Source of the DNA: Phoronis australis
Lineage: Eukaryota; Animalia; Phoronida
Assembly: GCA_002633005.1 (NCBI GenBank)
Contig: NMRA01000321.1
Location: 306,724 to 370,723 of the forward strand
Length of the DNA: 64,000 bases
Reading direction: 5' to 3'
Shown in pieces: positions 40,801 to 52,800 of this stretch. Position numbers and translations under genes: made by a program. The notes below the pieces were generated by a model that was given only the letters and a program-made list of their open reading frames with translations, ran no database searches and was not told the DNA's origin. The stretch's first letter is position 1. Every line of letters starts with the position of its first letter.

Positions 40801-43800
40801 AATTGGAAACCAAATAAGACGAAATTGAAACCAAATAAGACGAAATTGAAACCAAAAAAGAGAAAATCCTCTTAAACGTGGAAAATTCCCAAGCCTGAAA
40901 CTTGGAAACTAAGGAAATGCATGGTGGGAATTCTTAAATGGGAAATGTGGGTCAAGCATCATTAATGTTTCAATTTGAAGTTGAACACTTGGTGAAACAA
41001 GCATTGTCTGAATCCATTTTAGTAATTAAAATATCTCAACACTCAAGGTGAAAGTTACAGCTGTGTTTGATACTGGAAGTTCAGCTAAACAGGGCATTTC
41101 AGTATGTAATTACAGTAAAACTCATAGCAGTCGCATTTTCACTCAAATCAAACTAAGTTCCTTTGACTCAACTCAAACTAACTTCCGTTGTACCGTTGTT
41201 ACTGGCCTGATTCCTTAATAGAGTAATGTGATTTTTGTACAACTGCGCAGATATTTCAGCATAAATTCACTCAAGTAAGGGTCCGTCCCATAATAATCGC
41301 TTTTAGAATGCTCCGAATATAAGATGGAAATTAGTCCAAGAAAGCATATCACATGACTTTGTATAGTCTTTACTCCCGTTGACGACTCCCTGATTGATGT
41401 CCCAGATGGGTTAAGCTTTTGACCTAGATATCATGCATGTGGTGATCTTGGCTTGAGCGTGTTTTGCAGCAGGATATTAATCATTGTTACTAAAATGGTA
41501 AATTCATTGAACAACTAACTTTCCTATTGATACACAGTGTAGAGAACTACACCTAGGATTTCAAACTATTCTGTTCTTGGCTCTCAATTTAGTTTATTGC
41601 CATTAATTGCAACAAACCATCTTTCCCAAAAGAAATGTGTGTTTGCAGAAGATGAGTATTTAGACACCACAGTGAGCATCAACAGGGTCAAATGTCTCAT
41701 GCACTCGCCATCTAAGTTAGACTTCGCTTAACACAAATTCCTCGGATGCGGTGAATCCATGATCCAACGTATGAACATTCTACAGTACAAGTTTCTAAAA
41801 CAGCCCTGCTGAAGTTTTCCAAAAGGAGCAGTTGGATACTTTTTCAAATGTATATTCCTTCAGGAAAGTAGAGGTTTTCTAATTAAAAGAGCCCGATATA
41901 TAATTTAATTTGAGCAGGAATTAGAAAGTCAAACTACATTGTACACTTGCCTGCAGATTAGGTAGCCAGTTCGATTAACACCGTGAGTGCAGTGGACACC
42001 AATCAAGAGATCTGAAAATACAACACTTGCACTAGAGAATAGAGCGCGAGGTGTGTCTTTCAACAGTCAAGTTCTTACACAGAAATGTGTCATTTTAAAA
42101 CTGGTTTCATGCAACTGTCGAGGGTCTACATGGTACATAATTTTCCCGTTAAATAGAACATCAATTTTTTTACCCGAAACATAAACAAGAGCAATGCGTA
42201 GTGTTGAAATGCGCCCACGAATGCACCGCTAATGGAGTGTTTCTAGGGTTGTTTATTTGTTTCATAAAAATAGCTACCAGAGGGCAAAAAAAACATTCAA
42301 TCCATCTGAAAATGGAAACATGCCATCGCTTCTTTAATAAAAAGCTATTTACTAAATTTTATAAAAATCTGTCAAGGAACATATACACCAATTTTCAAAG
42401 TCGTCCTCAGATTGGTTTGGTTGATCGCGGGGTTGACGCCAAAAACAAGACTCGAAAACAGGAAAAATGGCCACTAGCTTGCGCAAAGTATCTCGATTCC
42501 ATCCGAAAGCGGGAGAATAGCATCATCTCACCAATAAATGCTTATATTCCAAACTTTCTGATAATATGTTGAGGACCTTTGAAGGTACGAAGGTAAGCCT
42601 AAAAATGAAAACTGCCACAAAGGGGAACACTGGTAGTCAGATTTGTCCGAAAGTTGTCATCCGTTGTCAACATCATATAAATACACTTGCTAAATTTAGC
42701 AAAATGTTGCAAACCGTTTAGGAGATACAGACATGGGCGCAAAAAGAGACAAAACTGCCACTAGGAGGCGCCACAGTAACCAAAATCGTCGGAAAATCAT
42801 CGTCAGCCTTCCTCTTCATAATAAAAACATACATGCCAATTTCCACAGTCATCCTTAGAGCGGTTTGGTTGACAGAGGGGTGGATGCCAAAAAAACGACT
42901 CGAAAACAGCAAAAATAGCCACTAGGTTGTGCAAACTACGTCGAAACAGGAGGATAGCGTCATCTCACTAATAGATGCCTATATGCCAAATTTTATGAAA
43001 ATACGTTGAAGACCCTAAGAGGTAAGAGTAAAAAAATAAAATTGCCACTAGGGGGCACACTGGTAGTCGCATCTGTCCGAATTTCGCTCATGCCATCCCA
43101 TCCAAGATAGGAACATATGTGCAAAATTTCATGAACGTACGTCAAATGGTTTTGGAGATAGAGCAGCGGACACCAGACGGACGGACGGAGATGACGGCAT
43201 AATGCGTCCACGTATAAATATGTGGGCGTACAAAAACTATTTTTCCAAAGGAAAGAAAAACCCATTCTCTACGACAAAGAAACACTGACTTAGGTGATTT
43301 ACAGTTGGTCTCAGATTGCTACACAATCAATTCGAAAGAGCAGACAGTTCATTACTGCTTAAGACTACAATATGGCGTATCATTTTATGCACTGAGCATG
43401 ACTTCAAGGAATAGCAAACCTTGCAGACATAGAAGTCATTTCTCATCTCATTAGTGAACGGGTTTAGATCAATATTATGACTTTTAAATCAAAATTTGGC
43501 TTCATNTGATCATCAGGCTTACAAACTTTAACATTGTCCTTTATAATTTTCTTAATGGCGTGTTCGTCCTGGAGGTAATTATTAGACATGACATTTTTGT
43601 AAAATATCTTTTTGGTGACACCGGTCCGACGTGCAGGGACTTCATAGCTAATTCTGGACACAAATCGCTTAATACATTTGTCGATAAGGTTCTGATGAAA
43701 GATTACAATAAGATATATGGCTGGGATGCGCCACTTGATGGACGAACAAATTTAAATGCCGTTCCATTGCTTTCAACAAAATATTGCTTGTCCAAAACTG

Positions 43801-46800
43801 TTGTCAGAGCGGCTCAACAGAGCTAGCAAAGCATGACAAAGGAATATATGGCACAGATGCGTCGGCACTCGCCGATTTTCGTGCAGACTGACTGCAGTTT
43901 GAGGTGTACATTTATTTTCTATCATGGTGCCACCTTCATCGACAAAATTTTAATTTAGTGGCTAGAAAGTGTAGAAGGAAATGTTCCTTTAAAGGTGTTT
44001 TAAGCACTACATCGCAGGGTACTTTGTTAGCAATGGTAAGACATCTGCTACCTTAGAAAAACCGTTACAGCAACCTTATTATCCTAAATGGTGAAGGCTT
44101 TTGTTTCATTTTTTTTCGAGATGAGAAGTGAACATGTGGTTATACCATGGTCGGTATAGAGCTTGGGGCTCTTGTAACGGGTGAATGTCTGAAAAAGGAC
44201 TGGGCCCCTGTTTAGATGTCATAAGAGAGAAGCTTTTGGAAGGAAATGAAGCATTTTTGGTGCTGCTTTCAGGCAGACCTATCCCTCATGTATGTTATAA
44301 TTTCCCAGATCCCCCTCCCAGAAGAAAATCTTGCAGGGTCTGTACCTGCCCATCCTAAAATCACCCACTTCCACTTGGTCACCATTGATTGGTCACCCCC
44401 TGCTTTTGATGTATTCATTGGCTTCACTTGCCCCAATTTGCCTTGATATACTCCAGTGTTCGCCTATGAGTGTAATTTTCAACACACTGCTCATGTTCAA
44501 CATTCTCAAAATTTTATACAAAAAGCAATTTAAAAAGCTCAATCCACTAAAAGAATGTGCAAGTTGGTATGATGTCAAAAATCAAATTCTAGAAGTTTTG
44601 TACTTTCAGAAACTACCTTTTTACAGTCAGAGTTAAAATTTGCAGTTTTTGCAGGTATTTGTTTACATACACACACTTGTTGACTAGGTCATACATAACA
44701 TTAAGATATCAGTTCACAGGAATGAAGGGTTTTGATATCGATCAGTTTCTCAACGAGGGGCCTCTCTTAGCCCTACCTGTTTCGCAAGTGGTCCAGGTAC
44801 GCTTCCCTTTCAATAGAGTGACCCCGAGCCTTGTTGAACAGTTCTATACTCTCCTTGGGATCAATGTTCATGGTTTCAATCATGTACCTGCAACGTGTAC
44901 ACTCAGTAGTCCACTTACTAATACAGATACAAAAGAGAACAGCAACTTCGTCGTCTGTTCAGTCTAAATTTGAATGACAGCCATGACTCATCAGATGAAA
45001 ATCTTGCTCAAATCATAACGAACAGAGTTCAGATTTTAGCGATAATGACACTACACGTTTCAAGAATCTAGTCGAATTTCAGTCAGTTACAGGGTGATGC
45101 ATACTTCACAGTTGCAAGTAGCCGGGTAATCTCAAAAGTGCTTGTGCTTTGACAGTGACCAATGCCAAAGTCATTTGGACAGTGAAAAAATGCCTAAGTC
45201 ATTTGGACATTGAACAATGCCAAAGTCGCTTGGGCGATACTTGCGCTTCGACAATGACAGATGCCAAAGTCACTTGGACAGATGCTTAAAACAAACTTAA
45301 GTATAGTCTAGTTACTTTGAAGAATTAAGGCCACTTTCACTTAGGCGTTGCGATGGGGAATTCCAGGTGATACTGCGTTCAGCAACTGGGACTAGCATGT
45401 GACACTGGAGCACACACGAACATTTTGTTATGAGAAACAGCTTGCACTCAACAGTGTGGCTAGGATGGTGGATTAATCATCAACGTCAAATGTGCTCCCA
45501 TACGTCATTCACAGCATTAATGGCTTCAAAATTAAAAAATTCGCGACTATTTGGCATAAAAGCGCTTCTCATTAGATTTTATGATATTCATTTCATATTA
45601 GCTTTCTGAAATCTGCAGGGCTTGGAATGACTAATGGCAGGAAGAGGAAAAATTTTCAGCTAATGTGTCGTTCCACAAATAAATAGGCTTGATGTGTGAT
45701 AGAAATATTTTTGTGTTGTAAAATTTAACTGAAATAAACGTTTTTGCATGAATAAAGTCAAAATAATGATATAAAGAGACAAAACTAGAGGAAATTGGAA
45801 ACCAAATAAGAGGAAATTGAAATCAAAAAGAGGAAATCCTCTTAAACTCGGAAAAGTCCCAAGCCTGAACCTCGGAAACTAAGGAAATGCATGGTAGATA
45901 CTTAAATGGGGAAGGTGGGCCAAGCATCATTAATGTTTCAATTTTTGGTTGCTGAAGTTGAACAAGCATTGTCTGAATCCTTTTTAGTAATTAAAATAAC
46001 TCAACACTCAAGGTGAAAGTTACAGTTGTGTTTGATACTGGAAGTTCAGCTAAACAGGGCATTTCAGTATGTAATTACAGTAAAACTCATAGCAGTCGCA
46101 TTTTCACTCAAATCAAACAAAGATAGTTTGACTCAACTCAAACTAAGTTCCGTTGTACCGTTGTTACTGGCCTGATTCTTTAATAAAGTATTGTGATTTT
46201 CAACTGCGCAGATATCTCAGCATAAATTCCAGAGCTGTTAACTCACTCAAGTCAGGGTCCGTTCCATAATAATCGCTTTCAGAATGCTCCGAATATAAGA
46301 TGGAAATTAGTCCAAGAAAGCATATCACATGTATAGCCTTTACTCCCGTTGACGACTCCCTGATTGATGTCCAGGCGGGTTAAGCTTTTGACCTAGATAT
46401 CATGCATGTGGTGATCTTGGCTTGAGCGTGTTTTGCAGCAGGATATTAATCATTGTTACTAAAATTGTAAATTCATTGAACAACTAACTTTGCTATTTAT
46501 ACACAGGGTAGAGAACTACACCTTGGATTCCAAACTATTCTGTTCTTGGCTCTCAATTTAGTTTATTGCTATTAATTGCAACAAACCATCATTCCCAAAA
46601 GAAATGTGTGTTTGCAGAAGATGAGTATTTAGACACCACAGTGAGCATCAACAGGGTCTCATGCACTCGCCATCGAAGTTAGATTTCGCTTAAAGGCGAA
46701 GGCAACCTTTTTCCATGTCATTTTGAGCTAAAATAAGGTTGGTTGGTTATCCTAGACATATTTTCCACTTAATTACAGCTTTTCGTAATTTTATTAATTA

Positions 46801-49800
46801 CTCGGCCGCTACTGCGGAAGTGACGTTTTAGGAGGCAAGCATTTCGCGCCAATTTTTTTTCATATAGTCTGACTGTGAGAGCTGCCAAGTCAGTCATTGT
46901 TCTACCTCGGTTGTGTTAAGTTCCGTCGTCGTTTGCTTTCATTTACTAGTCAGACAACATGCCACACTGTTGCTGCGTACCAGAATGTACTATTTTTCGG
47001 CTCACGCGCGCTTTGGGAGTACCTTAGCATCGCTTTCCGATGAATTGGCTCGTTCGTTTGAAGAACGCAGCGTTACCCGTCCACGCAACGTACAAAGCAG
47101 TGGAGAATTACCGTGTGTGCGGCAAGCACTTTCTGCCCTCCGGTTACGAAAGGGATTTGTACGCTGAACTGATGAAGGTCCCTGCGAAACAACGCCTGAA
47201 GAAGGATGCCATTCCGTCTGTGTTGATTCCCGGCAGTACCCCGTCGCCACCCCCGAGAAGTGCGTTTTTAAAGCGAGAAGCCTCGCGAGCTGTGGCCAGT
47301 ACAGTCACTGGAGCCAGTGGAGGCACTTCATCTACTGTCACCCGTGCCTCCGAACGTACCCCAGAGCGTGCAATTCCTGGAACCAGTAGTGATTCNNNNN
47401 NNNNNNNNNNNNNNNNNNNNNNNNNNNNNNNNNNNNNNNNNNNNNNNNNNNNNNNNNNNNNNNNNNNNNNNNNNNNNNNNNNNNNNNNNNNNNNNNNNNN
47501 NNNNNNNNNNNNNNNNNNNNNNNNNNNNNNNNNNNNNNNNNNNNNNNNNNNNNNNNNNNNNNNNNNNNNNNNNNNNNNNNNNNNNNNNNNNNNNNNNNNN
47601 NNNNNNNNNNNNNNNNNNNNNNNNNNNNNNNNNNNNNNNNNNNNNNNNNNNNNNNNNNNNNNNNNNNNNNNNNNNNNNNNNNNNNNNNNNNNNNNNNNNN
47701 NNNNNNNNNNNNNNNNNNNNNNNNNNNNNNNNNNNNNNNNNNNNNNNNNNNNNNNNNNNNNNNNNNNNNNNNNNNNNNNNNNNNNNNNNNNNNNNNNNNN
47801 NNNNNNNNNNNNNNNNNNNNNNNNNNNNNNNNNNNNNNNNNNNNNNNNNNNNNNNNNNNNNNNNNNNNNNNNNNNNNNNNNNNNNNNNNNNNNNNNNNNN
47901 NNNNNNNNNNNNNGAAAGTGGTGGCGACAATTGTTGAAAAACAGCACAAAACAAAAGTAGAATAGAATAGATTCGCACGGTAAAGTCAACGCAAAACCAA
48001 GTGGCGGGAAACGCTTGCCTCCTAAAACGTCACTTCCGGAGTAGCGGACGAGTAATTAATAAAATTACAAAAAGCTGTAATTAAGTAGAAAATATGTCTA
48101 GGATAACCAACCCACCTTATTTTGGCTCAAAATGACATGGAAAAAGGTTGCCTTCGCCTTTAACACTAATTCCTCGGATGCGGTGAATCCATGATCCATG
48201 AACATTCTACAGTACAAGTTTCTAAAACAGCCCTGCTGAAGTTTTCCAAAAGGAGCAGTTGGAGACTTTTTCAAATGTATATTCCTTCAGGAAAGTAGAG
48301 GTTTTCTATAAATTAAAAGAGCTCGATATATAATTTAATTTGAGCAGTAATTAGAAATTCAAACTACATTGTACACTTGCCTGCAGATTAGGTAGCCAGT
48401 TCGATTAACACCGTGAGTGCAGTGGACACCAATCAATAGATCTGAAAATAAAACATTTGCACTAGAGAATAGAGCGCGAGGTGTGTCCTTCAACAGTCAA
48501 GTTTCTTACACAGAAATGTGTCATTTTAAAACTGGTTTCATGCAACTGTCGAGGGTCTGCATGGTACATAATTTTCCCGTTAAATAGAACATCAAATTTT
48601 TTACCCAAAACATAAACAAGAGCAACGCGTAGTGTTGAAATGCGCCCACGAATGCACCACTAATGGAGTGCTTCTAGGGTTGTTTATTTGTTTCATAAAA
48701 ATAGCTACCAGAGGGCCAAAAAACGTTCAATCCATCTGAAAATGGGAACATGCCATTGCTTCTTTAATAGAAAGGTATTTACTAAATTTTATAAAAATCT
48801 GTCAAGGAACATATACATGTACACCAATTTTCAAAGTCGTCCTCAGATTGGTTTGGATGATCGAGGGGTTGAGGCCAAAAACAAGACTCGAAAACAGGAA
48901 AAATGGCCACCAGGTTGCGCAAAGTTCCTCGATTCCATCCGAAAGCGGGAGAATAGCATCATCTCACCAATAAATGCTTATATCCCAAACTTTCTGATTA
49001 TATGCTGAGGACCTTTGAAGGTACGAAGGTAAGCCTAAAAATGAAAACTGCCACAAAGGGGAACACTGGTAGTCAGATTTGTCCGAAAGTTGTTGTCATC
49101 CGTTGTCAACATCATATCAATACACTAGCTAAATTTAGCAAAATGCTGCAAACCGTTTAGGAGATACAGCCATGGGCGCAAAAAGAGACAAAACTGCCAC
49201 TAGGAGGCACCACAGTAAGCAAAATCGTCGGAAAATCATCGTCAGCCTTCCTCTTCATAAAAAAACATACATGCCAATTTCCACAGTCATCCTTAGAGCG
49301 GTTTGGTTGACAGAGGGGTGGATGCCAAAAAAACTCGAAAACAGCAAAAATAGCCACTAGGTGGTGCAAACTATGTCGAAACATGAGGATAGCGTCATCT
49401 CACTAATAGATGCCTATATGCCAAATTTTATGAAAATACGTTGAAGACCCTAAGAGGTAAGAGTAAAAAAATAAAATTGCCACTAAGGGGCACACTGGTA
49501 GTCACATCTGTCCAAATGTTCGCTCATGCCATCCTATCCAAGATAGGAACATATGTGCAAAATTTCATGAACGTACGTCAAAGGGTTTTGGAGATAGTGC
49601 AGCGGACACCAGACGGACGGACGCCGGACGGAGATGACGGCATAATGCGTCCACGTATAAATATGTGGGCGCACAAAAACTATTTTCCCAAAGGAACGAA
49701 AAACCCATTCTCTACGACAAAGAAACACTGACTTAGGTGATTTACTGTTGGTCTCAGATTGCTACACAATCAATTCAAAAGAGCAGACAGTTGATTATTG

Positions 49801-52800
49801 CTTCAGACCACAATATGGCGTATCATTTGATGACCACAATATGGCGTATCATTTTAAGACCACAATATGGCGTATCATTTTAAGACCACAATATGGCGTA
49901 TCATTTTATGCACTGAGCATGACTTCGAGGAATAGCAAACTTTGCAGATATAGAAGTCATTTCTCATCTCATTAGTGAACGGGTTTAGATCAATATTATG
50001 ACTTTTAAATCAAAATTTGGCTTCATGGATGGAACATGGGATTATAGCCACTATAGAAGAATGCTCAATGGTGACGGTGACTTTACCTTAAACAGATTCC
50101 CACGCCTATACTTTTGTAACGTGAACACTCGGTCTGAGTGATAAAGTATCATTTCAGTAAAATCATTCCTTCACTGAATAATGGAGTGGACAGTGATGTC
50201 TGAGTCGTGTTATCTTTCTTCACAGTCACTATGCAGCCCAAAGTATCAAATAGGCAGACTTTGAAGGGAGTATTCATTTCTTTTTCAAACTTTCGAAAGT
50301 TGACACAGGTTTTAGAGTATTTTCTCAAACTTTACAAAGATATTAAACTACATTTTTGTAATCTCCTTGAAAACAGCACCCATCACCTATTACACTTCCC
50401 TATAGACAGATGAAAGCATTGTACAGCAAAAACTTAGTTCTCACTGTGTTGCAAAATAGATTCAGTGGGTCCCGGCTTCTCTGCATCGTGGGTTCAGGCC
50501 TCTTCACACAGTCATCTATGAACTCACAACGAGGTTTAGTCCTGCTTTCCAATTTTATAGTAAATATCCAAAGGAATAGTAAGACTTGAACCAAACTTTT
50601 CATTTGGGTTTCGCAAAGGTGTATAGAGCATTATTTTTTGCATCAAAAATTCAAATGCATTGCATGTGCAGTTTTTGCAGACACTTCCTATCAATAAACA
50701 TTACAAACCATTTTCAGTATTTTGCTTCATAAACTCTTGAACAGTGTCCTTGAAATCGGCGCAGACTCTTCTACTCGGCACTTGGTGTCCTTCGGTAAGT
50801 ATCTTTTTGTGGCCAACGTCAAATTTGGTTATATCCTAAAAATAAATTCCTTACTGTAAGTTACTGTCTGTTGCTATCTCCAATGGTCAAGCTGTTTTTG
50901 ATGAACTCGTGGTCTACAACAAGTTATTCATTATGTCACTGTGTGCAGTCCCACTTTCCTGTTTAAGGCATCTTAGCCAGAAAACTCAGCTGTCGAAAAT
51001 GGAGACACGAAAGTCTTGCCTTTAAGAGCTCTCTGGCTACAAGACCTTAAAAGAAAACCCAAATTTTCTGCATCAGAACAACGAAAAAGAATGTATAAGT
51101 TTTCCGCAGAAATGTAGAGTTGGTGGAAAATATTCCATGCAAAAGGATGCTTTATTGGTCTACTTTTAATCATTAAAGAATCTCATTCTCGTAAATGAAA
51201 GTACCCTATTTTTTCTTACTAGTTTTCAGAAACACTTAATAACACACAAAAACTATGTCGTTCAGGAAGGGGCGAGTGATTGAATAATGGAAATGGAAAC
51301 AATTTCTATGTCAGCTGCATCACCCTACTAAAATAACTAACTAGTCAACTAAAATACCAAGCAAGTAACTGTAGCCCTATACGTCTATATTTTTAGCTGC
51401 GACTGATGGTAGATCAACAGTCATAGACAACAATTAGCACACTCAAGGAATTATACTGTACTCAAATAGCAGGTGGGTGTACAGGAGACCAATGTTTCAA
51501 AAATGCTATGTTTAGATATACCTCTCTTGTATAGTATCTGTGTGTTTTAGTTATATACCTGTCTTGTATAGTATCTGTGTGTTTTAGTTACCTCTCTTTT
51601 ATAGTATCTGTGTGTGTTAGTTATATACCTCTCTTGTATAATATCTGTGTGTTTTAGTTAATATATACCTCTCTTGTATAGTATCTGTGTGTTTTAGTTA
51701 TATACCTCTCTTGTATAGTATCTGTGTGTGTTAGTTATGTACCTCTCTTTTATAGTATTTGTGTGTGTTAGTTATATACCTCTCTTGTATGGTATCTGTG
51801 TGTGTTAGTTATGTACCTCTCTTTTATAGTATCTGTGTGTGTTAGTTATATACCTCTCTTGTATAGTATCTGTGTTTGTTAGTTATATACCTCTCTTATC
51901 TAGTATCTGTGTGTTTTAGTTATATACCTCTCTTGTATAGTATCTGTATGTGTTAGTTATGTACCTCTCTTTTATAGTATCTGTGTGTGTTAGTTATATA
52001 CCTCTCTTGCATAGTATCTGTGTGTGTTAGTTAAGTCGATGATCAGTCCCAGTCTAAGACCCTCATCTTTGAGTCTTGAAATCAGGTCCGCTGGGTTACA
52101 CCTTTTCTCTTCTTCCAAATTCCGATTGATATTCTGGCAAAAGAGAGCAACACCTCTTGGAGTGCCTGACACCCAGTTGCGCAGGTTTACAAGAAACCTC
52201 AAATACTTGTTTTCCCAAGTTATTTTACATTGAAGCTGCTTTCACATAGGTAAGCCGCCTGGCTAAAAACAAATAATTGAACTAAGCAGTTTACTCATGT
52301 GAAAGTTTCCAAAATGTCCTCAGCACGACATCACTTGTCGGATATACAATACGAACACAACAACATACAGATCAAGTTACGCATCGGAAAATCGTTGATT
52401 TTATTAGGGTTGGCCAGGGAATTCCATTCAAGAAAACTCAGCAACGTAACACAAAAATTACCATTACCCGTGAGTACACCGCAGATCAACTATTGATTTT
52501 GGCTCTTTGGTTCAACATTCCAAACGTGCAGATAAACAAAGAGAAATGAAGATTTACTTAAGGAAAAACAGTTCCCATACTTGGACTACAGTCCTGTCAG
52601 ACTACAGTCCTGTCAGACTACAGTCCTGTCAGACTACAGTCCTGTCAGACTACAGTCCTGTCAGACTACGGTCCTGTCAGACTACGGTCCTGTCAGACTA
52701 CAGTCCTGTCAGACTACAGTCCTGTCAGACTACAGTCCTGTCAGACTACAGTCCTGTCAGACTACAGTCCTGTCAGACTACAGTCCTGTCAGACTACAGT

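Larger units (their letters stand above)
38849..50026. repeat. Direct duplication 38849-43505 / 43507-50026 around N43506 (probable uncollapsed alleles)
   Basis: Colinear copies; the second additionally carries a ~330-bp segment (about 43958-44290) and the transposon at 46694-48159. Confidence 0.88.

Noticed and set aside
47144-47989. Long ORFs of 203-306 aa
   Set aside because: Their length comes from the N gap; only the THAP segment before the gap is supported.
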